A stretch of DNA of 64,000 nucleotides from an uncultured Acidobacteriota bacterium. Lineage in GTDB: Bacteria > Acidobacteriota > Vicinamibacteria > Vicinamibacterales > UBA2999. Below the pieces are notes generated by a model, which did not search any database, was not told the DNA's origin, and saw only the letters and a program-made list of their open reading frames with translations. The position numbers were made by a program, and so were the translations under genes. Below are positions 18,324-27,680 of the stretch, in pieces (positions within the stretch are counted from its first letter, which is position 1; each line of letters begins with the position of its first letter). The DNA lies in assembly GCA_963729975.1 (NCBI GenBank), contig CAVSPI010000001.1, forward strand, positions 2,766,625 through 2,830,624, in the 5' to 3' direction.

Positions 18324-18776
18324 TCAGTCGCTTGCCGGCGGGCCGCTGGCGGCGGCCGACAGCTGGCGGATGGCGCCGACGTGATAGGCCAGGTGGACGA
18401 CACTGCCGAGCGAACCGGTGAGGGCGACCTCGCTGAAGTCCTGCAGCTTACCGGCCGCGTCCATCCAGTCGTGTGCCTGCTGCCGCAGCTGCGCCCGCAG
18501 CTCGCGCCAACCGTCCTCGCTCACCTGCTGCCGTTTCCAGCTGGCAGCGAAGTCTGCCGAAGCCCAGGGATTTTCTTCTCCGTGCGCCCAGCGGTTCAGC
18601 AACTCCAGTCCATACCGCACGTGATCGACGTGTGCGGCAACCGACGACCGGCCGCCCGGACGCGCACTCGCGTCCGCTGCCGACAGCACATCGAGCGAGG
18701 CCAGCAGGCCGGGGTCGCCTTGATTGAGGACGTAGGCCACGCCCCGCGGCGGCCCATCGACGAGCTCGCGCAACAA
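18324..18776 (-). CDS. DinB/YfiT-like (DinB_2) four-helix-bundle metalloenzyme-family protein.
   Basis: ...VAAHVDHVRYGLELLNRWAHGE...WRELRAQLRQQAHDWMDAAG...SVVHLAYHVGAIRQL shows the His triad spacing typical of DinB_2. Confidence 0.6.
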   Translation of the reverse strand: MLRELVDGPPRGVAYVLNQGDPGLLASLDVLSAADASARPGGRSSVAAHVDHVRYGLELLNRWAHGEENPWASADFAASWKRQQVSEDGWRELRAQLRQQAHDWMDAAGKLQDFSEVALTGSLGSVVHLAYHVGAIRQLSAAASGPPASD

Positions 18777-19006
18777 AGAGGCGATCGATTCACGCGGTAC
18801 CGGCTTCGAGCGGCTTCATCTCCCCTCCGGACTCCTTCGGCAGCAAGGCTCACACCGATACCGCCAGCGTTCGCCGTCACATGGCGCCACTGCCAGTTCA
18901 TCGTTCCCTGGTCGCCCTTCTTCTGGAAAATTATAGACGCCGCATTCCACGCGATGTGTCATGCCGGCGCCCTTGCCTCATGCATAGCCGTGCGATCATC
19001 GGACTG

Positions 19007-19777
19007 ATGACTGGCTGGCGTCTCGCGCGAACGGCTGCTTGTGCCACACTGCTGTCGATGGCGGGCATCGCCCCGGGCGCCGCGCAAAGCCCGTCCGATG
19101 AATACGCCGCCCTCTTCGTGACGCTGGCAGAGCAGGCGCTGCGCGATTCGCGCCTGTCCGCGGCCATGCCCTGCCTGCCGCACTGGCTGGCAGGCAGCAA
19201 TCACCTGGTCGTCGCGGTATCGATGGACGGAAGCCGTGCGGGACTCGCACGCGGCGATCGGCTGCGGCAGATCGGCACGGTGACGTTGACCGGCAGCGGC
19301 ACCGGCCTGTGGGACGCAGCGGTCCGCGCACTCAGCCGCGGACAGCCGCGTTATCGCGTGGACGTGGTGAGAGACGGGCGCGGCGTGCAGCTCGATCTGC
19401 CATGCGCCGCGGACCGCGCGGAACGATTGTTCACCGCGGAACGCGAGATGTGGACGTCGATCACGCGCCGCGCGTGGGACCTGTGCGTGGCGCGCGGGGC
19501 GGACATGGTGGACGCGTTCGGCGCCGACTTCTCGCCACCGTTGATGATCATGGCGCGCTGCACGGCGGCGCGATCGTCGGGCGCCGATGCGGCGGTCGTC
19601 AATCGACTCGCGCACGCCCTGCTGTCGGAGCTCGCATCAGATCCGCAGCCTTCGCCCGACCTGCACGAGCAGCTGCTGCTGACGCTGCGCGACCTCGACG
19701 ACAGCCGCGCGGCAGGAGGCACCGACTACGCCACGCCGTTGCGCACGCGCATGTTGCAACTCGGCATCATGCCGTGA
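19007..19777 (+). CDS. Hypothetical secreted protein.
   Basis: MTGWRLARTAACATLLSMAGIAPGAAQ (signal peptide) followed by a 230-aa Ala/Arg/Leu-rich ORF. No recognisable family. The start is uncertain; the ORF track opens at 18881. Confidence 0.4.
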   Translation: MTGWRLARTAACATLLSMAGIAPGAAQSPSDEYAALFVTLAEQALRDSRLSAAMPCLPHWLAGSNHLVVAVSMDGSRAGLARGDRLRQIGTVTLTGSGTGLWDAAVRALSRGQPRYRVDVVRDGRGVQLDLPCAADRAERLFTAEREMWTSITRRAWDLCVARGADMVDAFGADFSPPLMIMARCTAARSSGADAAVVNRLAHALLSELASDPQPSPDLHEQLLLTLRDLDDSRAAGGTDYATPLRTRMLQLGIMP

Positions 19778-19796
19778 CTGGCAACATTCCCGGCTG

Positions 19797-20363
19797 TCAG
19801 GCGAACAGCACGTCGAGAGGCAGCGCAAACCCCGTGAGGAGCGGTGTGGTGAGCTGATCGTGCGCGCGTGTCGACAGCGTCTCCTCCACCGACAGCGCGT
19901 CGGTTGCCGCGCGGCGGCACACCGTGACCGACTGCCGATGCGGATCCACCAGCCAGTACTCCCGCACGCCAGCCCGGTCGTAGAGCTGCCGCTTCAGCCG
20001 TTCGTCGCGCCGGCGCGTGCCTTCCGATAGCACTTCGACCACGAGCGCTGGCGCACCCTGCACGTTGGCCTTCGTGAGGATGTCCGACTGGTCGCCGGTG
20101 ACCATGAGCAGATCGGGTTCGACCACATCCCATCGACCCATCACGACGTCGAGCGGCGCAACAAACACGCGCGCGGTGCCCGGATGCCAGCGCAGGTGCT
20201 GTTCGATCTCGAAGTGCAGGCGGCCCACGAGCTCCTGATGCCGAAGGTTCGGACTGGCTGTCACGTAGTGCTCGCCGTCGATGATCTCGTGTCGCATCCC
20301 ATCGTCGGGGATGCGAACGAAGTCGTCGTAGGTAAGCCGATGATCGTGCTGTGGTGGGTACAT
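19797..20363 (-). CDS. Uma2-family endonuclease (DUF820, putative PD-(D/E)XK restriction-endonuclease-like).
   Basis: MYPPQHDHRLTYDDFVRIPDDGMRHEIIDGEHYVTASPNLRHQELVGRLHFEIEQHL...VFVAPLDVVMGRWDVVEPDLLMV...PALVVEVLSEGTRRRDERLKRQLYDRAGVREYWLVDP is a classical Uma2 signature. ATG confirmed at 20361-20363. Confidence 0.85.
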   Translation of the reverse strand: MYPPQHDHRLTYDDFVRIPDDGMRHEIIDGEHYVTASPNLRHQELVGRLHFEIEQHLRWHPGTARVFVAPLDVVMGRWDVVEPDLLMVTGDQSDILTKANVQGAPALVVEVLSEGTRRRDERLKRQLYDRAGVREYWLVDPHRQSVTVCRRAATDALSVEETLSTRAHDQLTTPLLTGFALPLDVLFA

Positions 20364-20539
20364 CGCCTTTCTCCTCGCGCCATCGTACATCGTCACTCCT
20401 TGCGGAGCGACAGTTGCTAGAGCGATGCCGGCGCGATTCACGCGTGAATGCCGCGGCAGGAGGGCCACGGTACGCAGAAACTGCAATGTGGCGAAACCAG
20501 CAACTGGCAGCAACCGCGACGCGCTGCAGCGGTCGACGC

Positions 20540-20929
20540 TCACGTGCCTTGCGTCGATACCCACCACGTGTTGCCGGCCGGGTCCTTGACCCCGCCGCGC
20601 TTATCGGGATCGCCGTCGCTCCGCTTCGGCGGCTGGACCGCGACACCGCCTGCGTCGAGCGCGCGCTGGTAGGCCGCGTCCACGTCCTTCACATAAAGGT
20701 GCATCCACACCGGAAACGCCGGGAACTCCGGCGACGCGTCCGCCATCATCACCACGGTGTCGTCGATCTTCATCTCCGCATGCATCACCGAGCCATCGGG
20801 CTTGTCGAAGCGGCGCAGTTCCGTGGCGCCGAAGGCCTGCTTCAGGAAGTCGACGACGCGCTGCACACTGGGCACCACGAGATAGGGCGCCAGGCTGGTG
20901 TAGCCGTCAGGCTTGTAGTCGATGCTCAT
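20540..20929 (-). CDS. VOC-family protein (glyoxalase/bleomycin-resistance fold, PhnB-like).
   Basis: MSIDYKPDGYTSLAPYLVVPSVQRVVDFLKQAFGATELRRFDKPDGSVMHAEMKIDDTVVMMADA...MHLYVKDVDAAYQRALDAGGVAVQPP...DPAGNTWWV. Confidence 0.8.
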   Translation of the reverse strand: MSIDYKPDGYTSLAPYLVVPSVQRVVDFLKQAFGATELRRFDKPDGSVMHAEMKIDDTVVMMADASPEFPAFPVWMHLYVKDVDAAYQRALDAGGVAVQPPKRSDGDPDKRGGVKDPAGNTWWVSTQGT

Positions 20930-20940
20930 CGACGTCTCGT

Positions 20941-21040
20941 CCGTTATCGCGCGGCGCCGTTCCTGCTCCGGCTCAAACCGGAGCCTACACGCCCAGCTCC
21001 GACGTTCTTGCTCCGGCTGAATCCGGAGCCTACGTTTCCT
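20941..21040. repeat. REP-like pair CTCCGGCT-CAAA-CCGGAGCCTAC ... CTCCGGCT-GAAT-CCGGAGCCTAC.
   Basis: Direct inspection. Two hairpins with the shared CCTAC tail between convergent genes. Confidence 0.75.
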
Positions 21041-21888
21041 TACTCGCCGCGATGCGCGTCCGCGTGGTGCGGAATCGAGACGTGCTGCACGATCTCGGAG
21101 CCGATGCCAAGCTGTGCGATCACGCGCTGAGCGTGCTCGGGACGGCCCGTGGTCCAGAACTCCGTGCGCCCGTCCCGATCGCCCGCCGTCAGGCCATGCT
21201 GCTCGAGCCGCCGCCTCAGCTCGCGCGCGACGGCCACGGCCGGATTGACGATCGTCACCTGCGCGCCAGCGGCCTCCGCGATGAGCGGCGTGAGAAACGG
21301 GTAGTGCGTGCAGCCGAGGACGATGACGTCGGCGCCCTGGTCGACGAGCGGCCGCACATATTGTGCGACGAGGGCGCGCGTCTCGTCGCTCGCCAGTTCA
21401 CCGGCTTCCACACGTTCCACCAGTCCCGGGCACGGCTGCGCGGCAATGCGCGCGCCCTGCGCGTGTGCCGCCACGAGCCTGGCGAAGCGCGGGCTCGAGA
21501 GCGTTCGTGTCGTGGCCATGACGCCCACGACTCCCGTTCGCGTCAGCGCCGCGGCCGGTTTCACCGCGGGCTCGATGGCGACGATCGGCAGCGTGAAGCG
21601 CTGCCGCAGCAGGTCCACCGCGATGCCGGTCGCGGTGTTGCACGCGACGACGGCCGCCTTCACGCCACGAGCGTGCAGCCATTCGACGACGGCATGGGAG
21701 CGTGCGCGAATGACGTCGGGATCGCGATCCCCGTACGGCGCGTAGGCGGAGTCGGCGACATAGAGGAGGTGCTCGGACGGCAAGGCACGGCGGATCTCGC
21801 GCAGCACCGACAGGCCGCCGACGCCCGAGTCGAAGATACCGATGGGGCGCGTATCGTCGACGCGCGCTGAGGCCGCGTCAGCGGCCAC
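21040..21888 (-). CDS. murI: Glutamate racemase.
   Basis: IGIFDSGVGGLSVLREIRRALPSEHLLYVADSAYAPYG...AVVACNTATGIAVDLLRQRF.LPIVAIEP...VIVLGCTHYPFL. Catalytic Cys motifs CNTA and GCTHYP are present. Confidence 0.9.
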   Translation of the reverse strand: MAADAASARVDDTRPIGIFDSGVGGLSVLREIRRALPSEHLLYVADSAYAPYGDRDPDVIRARSHAVVEWLHARGVKAAVVACNTATGIAVDLLRQRFTLPIVAIEPAVKPAAALTRTGVVGVMATTRTLSSPRFARLVAAHAQGARIAAQPCPGLVERVEAGELASDETRALVAQYVRPLVDQGADVIVLGCTHYPFLTPLIAEAAGAQVTIVNPAVAVARELRRRLEQHGLTAGDRDGRTEFWTTGRPEHAQRVIAQLGIGSEIVQHVSIPHHADAHRGE

Positions 21889-21994
21889 AGGTCATCCGCG
21901 TGGCGGCGCCGCACGATGCGCAGGTGGTTACCGGCGTGATGCCTCCGATGGCGGCTATTGTCGCCGGAGCTGCGCCGCCGGCGCAATCAACCCG

Positions 21995-23244
21995 TCAGCA
22001 GGCCAGTTCCTTCAGGCGCTTCTCGAGGAAGCGGCGCTCGGGCGCCTGCCGCACCAGTTCAAGCGCCCGGGTGTACGCCGCGCAGGCGTCCGCGTGACGG
22101 CCGAGCCGGCGGCAGAGATCGGCGCGCGCCGAATGGGCGAGGTAATAGTCCACGAGATCGCCGCGCGCGAGGATCTGGTCGATCAGCGCCAGGCCCGCCT
22201 CGGCACTGTCGCGCATGGCCACCGCCGCCGCGCGGTTGAGCTCGACGACAGGCGAGGGATCCGCCCGCAGCAGCACGTCGTAGAGACCGACGATCTGCGT
22301 CCAGTCGGTGGCCGACGCCTCGCGCGCGTCGGCGTGCACCGCGGCAATGGCCGCCTGCAGCGTGTATGGCCCGAATCGCCGGGAGACGAGCGCCGCTTCG
22401 ACGAGCGCCGCGCCCTCGGTCATCAGCTGTCGATCCCACCGCGAGCGATCCTGCTCGGCCAGCAGGATCAGTTCGCCGTCGGCAGCGGTGCGCGCCGGGC
22501 GCCGCGATTCGTGCAGCAGCATCAGCGCAAGCAGCCCCATGGCCTCCGGCTCCGGCAGCAGCTCGACGAGCAGCCGGCCCAGGCGAATCGCCTCCGCCGA
22601 CAGGTCGTGCCGCGTGAGCGAATCGCCAGACGAGGCCGAATAGCCCTCGTTGAAGACGAGGTAGATCACGTGCAGGACGATGTCGAGCCGCGCCGGCAGT
22701 TCGTCGCGCGACGGCACCTGATACGGAATGCGGGCGTCGCGAATCTTCGACTTGGCGCGGACGATCCGCTGCGCCACGGTCGCCGGCGCAACCAGGAAGG
22801 CGCGCGCGATCTCTTCGGTGGTCAGGCCGCACACTTCGCGCAGCGTCAGCGCGACCTGCGCATCGGGCGTAAGCGCCGGATGGCAGCAGGTGAAGATCAG
22901 CCGCAGCCGGTCATCGTCAATCGATTCGTCGGCGGCGGAGGAGGCCGCGGCGCGGGCATCGCTTTCCTGAGCGATGGCGTCGAGCGAGGCGTCGAACCGC
23001 GCGCGGCGTCGAGCGGCGTCGATGGCCTTGAAGCGGCCGGTCGAGACGAGCCAGGCGCGGGGTTGACCGGAATGCCGTCGCGCGGCCACTGCTCGACGGC
23101 GGCCGTGAAGGCATCGTGCAGCGCCTCCTCGGCGCGATCGAAGTCGCCGAGGAGACGAATGAGCGTGGCGAGCACGCGGCGCGACTCGGTGCGATAGACG
23201 GTCTCGACCGCGACGCGCACCGCTTCCGTCGAATCGCCGCTCAC
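21995..23244 (-). pseudogene. ECF-type RNA polymerase sigma-70 factor with a long C-terminal extension (SigJ-like), interrupted by one frameshift near 23060.
   Basis: N-terminal frame 22897..23244: MSGDSTEAVRVAVETVYRTESRRVLATLIRLLGDFDRAEEALHDAFTAAVEQWPRDGIP (region 2). Remainder in frame 21995..23089: PRAWLVSTGRFKAIDAARRRARF...LRLIFTCCHPALTPDAQVALTLREVCGLTTEEIARAFLVAPATVAQRIVRAKSKIRD (region 4) plus a ~200 aa tail. Confidence 0.75.
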
Positions 23245-23254
23245 CCGCGTGAAC

Positions 23255-23617
23255 TCAGCTGGCGGCTGCCGAGAAATCCTCGACCGGTCGTACTTCGATC
23301 GAGCCGTCGCGCGCCGACGGAATGCGCGACGCGATCTGGATGGCGTCGTTCAGGTCGCGCGCGTCGATCAGGTAGAAGCCGCCGAGCTGCTCCTTGGTTT
23401 CGGCGAACGGGCCGTCGGTCGTCGACAGCTTGCCGTTGCGCAGCCGTACCGTGGTTGCCGTGTGCACCGGCTGCAGCGCTTCGCCAGCGACGTAGTTGCC
23501 GCTCTTCTTGACCGCCTCGGTGAAAGCCCAGTAGTCCGCCATCATGGCGTCGGACTCGCTCTTGGACATCGAGGCCATCTGCGATTCCTGGCTGTAAATC
23601 AGACATAGATACTTCAT
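23255..23617 (-). CDS. YciI-family (DGPF-domain) protein, the usual partner of SigJ-type ECF sigma factors.
   Basis: MKYLCLIYSQESQMASMSKSESDAMMADYWAFTEAVKKSGNYVAGEALQPVHTATTVRLRNGKLSTTDGPFAETKEQLGGFYLIDARDLNDAIQIASRIP. Its stop lies 11 bp upstream of the sigma start. Confidence 0.85.
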   Translation of the reverse strand: MKYLCLIYSQESQMASMSKSESDAMMADYWAFTEAVKKSGNYVAGEALQPVHTATTVRLRNGKLSTTDGPFAETKEQLGGFYLIDARDLNDAIQIASRIPSARDGSIEVRPVEDFSAAAS

Positions 23618-23640
23618 GAACGTCCTCCAACGCCCTTCGA

Positions 23641-23870
23641 CCGGGGCCGGCTGGAGCCGGATCCTACGACAGGGCAGGGTCGACTATTCGACGTGACACC
23701 AGCTAGTCGTTGGCGCGCGCCGGAATCGACAACGGTGCCGGAATTTCTTGGGCAGGTCCGAAAGGACCCGCCCTACAGACCGCTCCGGCTGACGCCGGAT
23801 CCCACGACTCGTAGGGCGTCGACCCGGCTGACGCCGGAGCCCGCGACAGCGTGAAACCGCTGCGGCTACT
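23641..23870. repeat. Cluster of REP-like hairpins (GGCTGGAGCCGGATCCTACG; CAGGTCCGAAAGGACCCGCCCTACAG; CTCCGGCTGACGCCGGATCCCACG; CCCGGCTGACGCCGGAGCCCGCG).
   Basis: Direct inspection of the 250 bp intergenic region between the yciI-like gene and the PQQ-ADH. Confidence 0.75.
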
Positions 23871-25515
23871 CGCGTAAGCCGAACGTCACCAGCGAGTTGC
23901 CCGAGATCACCGACACGTACTGACGGCCGTCGATGGCGTAGGTGATCGGCCCCATCACGATCTGGCCGCCGAGGCTGGCCTTCCACAGCAGCGCGCCGCT
24001 GCGGGCGTCGAGCGCGTGGAAGTAGCCTTCGCGACCACCGGTGAAGAGCAGGTCGCTGGCGGTGGTGAGGATGCCGCTGTCGGTGACGTCGAACTGCTCG
24101 AAGGTCCACTTCTTCGCGCCGGTGCGCGGGTCGATCGCCATCACCGTGCCGCGGCCGACCGCATCGGTCCACGTGTTGATGGGACTGGCGCGGCCGATGC
24201 GCACCACCGGCGCGCCGGGTACCGGGGTCACCACCTGATGCCCGCCGCCGGCGAAATTGCGCCCCGGCACGTACTCCGCCTGCTCTTTCCTGAAGATCGA
24301 CGCGTAGCCTTCCCAGGCCGACACGTAGAACAGCTCCGTGCGCGGGCTATAGGATGGCGAATACCAGTTGGTGCCGCCCTGGTTGCCCGGCCACGTGGGC
24401 TGGCCCGGAGGCTGCGGCGTCTGCCGCGGCCGGCCGTTCTCATCGAGCCCGCTTGCCCAGTTCGCCTTCACGAAGGGCGTGCCGAACAGGAACTTGCCGG
24501 TGGTGCGATCGAGCGCGTAGAAGAAGCCGTTGCGGTTCGCCCAGAACATCGCCCTGGTTGGCGTGCCGCGCCAGTCGAGGTCGGCCAGCACCGCAATCTG
24601 CACCGCGTCGTAGTCGTAGGTGTCGTTCGGCGTGAACTGGAAATGCCACTTCAGCGCGCCGGTATCGGCGTCGAGCGCAACGACCGAATCGGTGTAGAGG
24701 TTGTCGCCCGGACGCTGATCGGAGTTCCAGTCGGGCCCGGGGTTCCCGACGCCCCAGTAGGTCAGGTTGAGCGCCGGGTCGTACGACGGCGTCAGCCAGA
24801 TGGAGCCGCCACCGGTCTTCCACGTCTCGCCGCGCCAGGTCTCGTGGCCCGGCTCACCCGGCCCAGGCACTGTGTGGAAACGCCACACTTCCTTGCCGGT
24901 CGCGGCGTCGAAGGCGGCAATGTAGCCGCGGATGCCGTACTCGCCGCCGCCGACGCCCACCAGCACCTTGTCCTTCACCACCAGCGGCGCCATGGTCATC
25001 GAGTAGCCAAGCTTCGGCTCGCCCACGGCCGTCTTCCACAGCGGACGGCCGGTGCGCGCATCGAGCGCGATCAGCTGCGCGTCGAGCGTGGCGAGATACA
25101 GCGTGTCGCCGAGGATGGCGACGCCGCGGTTGTTCGAGCCGCAGCAGACGCGCGCGTCCGGCGAGACGGTGTGGCGGTACAGCCAGAAGACACGCCCGGT
25201 CTTCGCGTCGAGCGCGAGGACGTCGTTCGGGCGCTGGGTGAGATACATCACGCCGTCGACGACGAGCGGCGTCGACTGCCAGGCACCGAACACCTGGTTC
25301 GGCAGCATCCATTTCAGTTCGAGGTTCTTGACGTTCCCGGGATCGATCTGGCGCAGCGTGCTGTAGCGCTGGCTGGCGTAACCGCCGGAGTAGGTGAGCC
25401 AGTTGTGCGGCTCGTCGGCCGCGCGCAGCAGGCGGTCGGGGGTGACCTGCGCGCCGGCACCGTGCCCGGCCACGACGGCCAGCAGCAGAACCACGAGGGA
25501 CAGACGGGCCTTCAT
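23866..25515 (-). CDS. PQQ-dependent alcohol (methanol/ethanol-type quinoprotein) dehydrogenase, periplasmic.
   Basis: Signal peptide MKARLSLVVLLLAVVAGHGAGA. W-motif-rich 8-bladed propeller with the hallmark vicinal disulfide VCCGSNNRG. ...TPLVVDGVMYLTQ...ALDAKTGRVFW...TGKEVWRF are PQQ repeats. AAGGAG RBS lies 7 nt before ATG 25515. Confidence 0.9.
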   Translation of the reverse strand: MKARLSLVVLLLAVVAGHGAGAQVTPDRLLRAADEPHNWLTYSGGYASQRYSTLRQIDPGNVKNLELKWMLPNQVFGAWQSTPLVVDGVMYLTQRPNDVLALDAKTGRVFWLYRHTVSPDARVCCGSNNRGVAILGDTLYLATLDAQLIALDARTGRPLWKTAVGEPKLGYSMTMAPLVVKDKVLVGVGGGEYGIRGYIAAFDAATGKEVWRFHTVPGPGEPGHETWRGETWKTGGGSIWLTPSYDPALNLTYWGVGNPGPDWNSDQRPGDNLYTDSVVALDADTGALKWHFQFTPNDTYDYDAVQIAVLADLDWRGTPTRAMFWANRNGFFYALDRTTGKFLFGTPFVKANWASGLDENGRPRQTPQPPGQPTWPGNQGGTNWYSPSYSPRTELFYVSAWEGYASIFRKEQAEYVPGRNFAGGGHQVVTPVPGAPVVRIGRASPINTWTDAVGRGTVMAIDPRTGAKKWTFEQFDVTDSGILTTASDLLFTGGREGYFHALDARSGALLWKASLGGQIVMGPITYAIDGRQYVSVISGNSLVTFGLRE

Positions 25516-26295
25516 TTATGGCTCCTTGAGCGTCAGCAGGTAGCCAATCAGGTCGGAGACCTCGGCCGGGGTCAGGCGATCGGCGTATGACGGCATCGGC
25601 GACACGGTCTCGACGACGAGTGTGCGCACGTCGGCCTTGGCAATGGAATGCAGGCGCTCGCGCTCGTCGATGAGTTGCACCGTGTAGGTGTCCTCGTTCA
25701 GGCGGCGGCCGTTGATGGTGCGGCCGTCCTTCATGACGACGCGCACGGGGCGGTTGATCGGCATCATGCCGGTCGAGGGCGCGAGGATGGAGCGCTGCAG
25801 CGCCGCCGGGGTGCGGGCGAGACCGATATCGCTGAGGTCTGGCGCCGCGCGCGGTCCGCGGCCGTTCACCCGATGACAGCTGCCGCAGCCGCCCTTGCCG
25901 TCGTAGACCTCGCGCCCCTTCGCGGCGCTGCCGATGTTCACCGTGCTGGTGCGATCGAAGCCGGCGCGGATGTAGGCGATGATGCCGGTGAGTTCGGCGG
26001 GCTGCAGCGGGAACGGAGGCATTCCCGCGCCGGGCACACCCTTCAACACCACCTGCGCCAGGTCCTCATCGCTGGACGCGCGGCGGAAGAGGCCGCGCCG
26101 CAGGTCGACGCCGGTCACCATGTCGCCATTGACCCCGTGGCATTGCGAGCATTGCGTCCCGTACACGCGGGCGCCCGCGTCGATCTCGGCCTGGCCGTAC
26201 TGTCCAGGATGATCGGTCGTCGCGACCTGGGCGGCCGCTGCGGAAACGGTCAGCGCGACGAGAAGCGCGGCGACCGCGAGGCGAGCTGATAGCAT
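25516..26295 (-). CDS. Diheme c-type cytochrome, probable electron acceptor of the downstream PQQ-ADH.
   Basis: Signal peptide MLSARLAVAALLVALTVSAAAAQ. Two CxxCH motifs (CSQCH, CGSCH), each followed by a Met-containing distal segment (AGMPPF / GMMP). The stop abuts the ADH start codon. Confidence 0.85.
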   Translation of the reverse strand: MLSARLAVAALLVALTVSAAAAQVATTDHPGQYGQAEIDAGARVYGTQCSQCHGVNGDMVTGVDLRRGLFRRASSDEDLAQVVLKGVPGAGMPPFPLQPAELTGIIAYIRAGFDRTSTVNIGSAAKGREVYDGKGGCGSCHRVNGRGPRAAPDLSDIGLARTPAALQRSILAPSTGMMPINRPVRVVMKDGRTINGRRLNEDTYTVQLIDERERLHSIAKADVRTLVVETVSPMPSYADRLTPAEVSDLIGYLLTLKEP

Positions 26296-26474
26296 GCGCT
26301 GATCCTGCGGCGAGTTGTAACCCGAGGAGCGAGCGGTTGTCCATCGCGTTCGTATCGCTTGCCAACAACCGCGAAGGAATTCCTACACGACCGCGGGAGG
26401 GCGCGCAACGCATTGCGCGCAATTCATCGGATTGCGACCGAGAATGACATTTGCTTCGATCAGAGGCTCGCAGC

Positions 26475-27155
26475 ATGCCAGCAACTCCGTTCAAGCGCCG
26501 CTCCACGCGTGATGGAGGCGCCGATCTCCGCGTCGTCAGCCCGTTGCCGCACCTCGCGCTCGTCCCGGCAGCACCCCCAGCCAAGGCAGACGGATCGGAG
26601 CCGGTTCGCACCGCCGAGCGGCTGGCGCCTGGTGCCCCAGGACGCACACCGCAGGAGCTGTTCTGCGCGCGCCTGCGGGCGACGCGCGAACGGCACGGAC
26701 TGACGGTGGATGCCGTCGCCAGCTCGACGAAGGTAGCGGCCTCGCACTTTACCGCCCTCGAACGAGGTGACGTGTCGCGGTGGCCGAAAGGGTTGTACCG
26801 GCGTTCGTTCTTCCGCAGCTATGCCGTGGCCATCGGCCTTCCGGCCGACTCGGCGGTGGACGAATTCCTCTCGCTCTTTCCGGACGAGGATCAGCCGGTC
26901 GCCGAACCTGCGGCCAAGCCCGGCGCCGAGCCAGCCCTGCGCCTGACGATGGGCATCGACACGCGGCGCGATGCCTGGCAGCGCGCGCTCTCGCCAGCCG
27001 TCATCCTCGACGGCCTGGCCGTGCTCGTCCTGGCGCTCGCGCTGGTCTGGTGGCTGGGCGCCAGCATCTGGGCGGCCGTCGCGGTCATCGTCCTCTGCTA
27101 CTACCCCTCGCTGGCGCGGTCGGTGCGGCGCCGCGTCAAGCGCCGGATCCATTAG
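26475..27155 (+). CDS. Membrane-anchored helix-turn-helix (XRE/RodZ-like HTH_25) protein.
   Basis: QELFCARLRATRERHGLTVDAVASSTKVAASHFTALERGDVSRWP is the HTH, with a C-terminal TM segment AVILDGLAVLVLALALVWWLGASIWAAVAVIVL. The start is ambiguous (26451 or 26475). Confidence 0.55.
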   Translation: MPATPFKRRSTRDGGADLRVVSPLPHLALVPAAPPAKADGSEPVRTAERLAPGAPGRTPQELFCARLRATRERHGLTVDAVASSTKVAASHFTALERGDVSRWPKGLYRRSFFRSYAVAIGLPADSAVDEFLSLFPDEDQPVAEPAAKPGAEPALRLTMGIDTRRDAWQRALSPAVILDGLAVLVLALALVWWLGASIWAAVAVIVLCYYPSLARSVRRRVKRRIH

Positions 27156-27300
27156 AACGCCGGTCCAAAAGGACCGGCCCTACGCGACAGCCGGTCCACG
27201 TAGGGCACGTCCTTTGGGACTTGCCAACGATGGCCGCTCCGCGAGGACCGGCCGTACGCGACAGCCCGTCCGCGCAGGGCACGTCCTTTGGGACGTGCCG
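27156..27300. repeat. REP-like cluster: GGTCCAAAAGGACCGGCCCTACGCGACAGCCGGTCC...GGGCACGTCCTTTGGGAC...CCGGCCGTACGCGACAGCCCGTCC...GGGCACGTCCTTTGGGACGTGCC.
   Basis: Direct inspection. An internal ~70 bp direct duplication is present. The CCCTACGCGACAGC tail is shared with elements at 53958-54125. Confidence 0.8.
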
Positions 27301-27323
27301 ACTCCCTCCGCTATCCTTGGATC

Positions 27324-27680
27324 GTGAGCAGCGATCGCAACGCCCGCACGGTGTACTCCACCGAAACCGGCACCATCTGCCCCGGCTGCGGCTGGCCGAA
27401 GTCCAGGTGCGTGTGCAGCAGCCAGCGTTCGGACGCGCCGCTTCCCGCAAAACTGGTTGCCAAGCTGCGTATCGAGAAGAAGGGGCGCGGCGGCAAGACG
27501 GTGACGGTCATCTACGACCTGCCGCGCAACACGGCCTTCCTGCGCGACCTCACGCAGGATCTCAAGCGCACCTGCGGCACGGGCGGAACGGCGGCCGAGG
27601 AATCCGTCGAACTGCAGGGCGATCACCGGGAGCGCGTGCGCGAGTTCCTGCTGAAGAAGGGTTACACGGTGAAGGGCTAG
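27324..27680 (+). CDS. yciH: Translation initiation factor SUI1 / YciH.
   Basis: ...TVYSTETGTICPGCGWPKSRCVC...KLRIEKKGRGGKTVTVIYDLPRNTAFLRDLTQDLKRTCGTGGTAAEESVELQGDHRERVREFLLKKGYTVKG matches the SUI1 fold end to end. No in-frame ATG exists. GTG at 27324 gives the family-typical length, and TTG at 27288 is the alternative. Confidence 0.8.
   Translation: MSSDRNARTVYSTETGTICPGCGWPKSRCVCSSQRSDAPLPAKLVAKLRIEKKGRGGKTVTVIYDLPRNTAFLRDLTQDLKRTCGTGGTAAEESVELQGDHRERVREFLLKKGYTVKG

Noticed and set aside
24016-25590. 524-aa plus-strand ORF
   Set aside because: It is antisense to the PQQ alcohol dehydrogenase. It has no signal or domain features.
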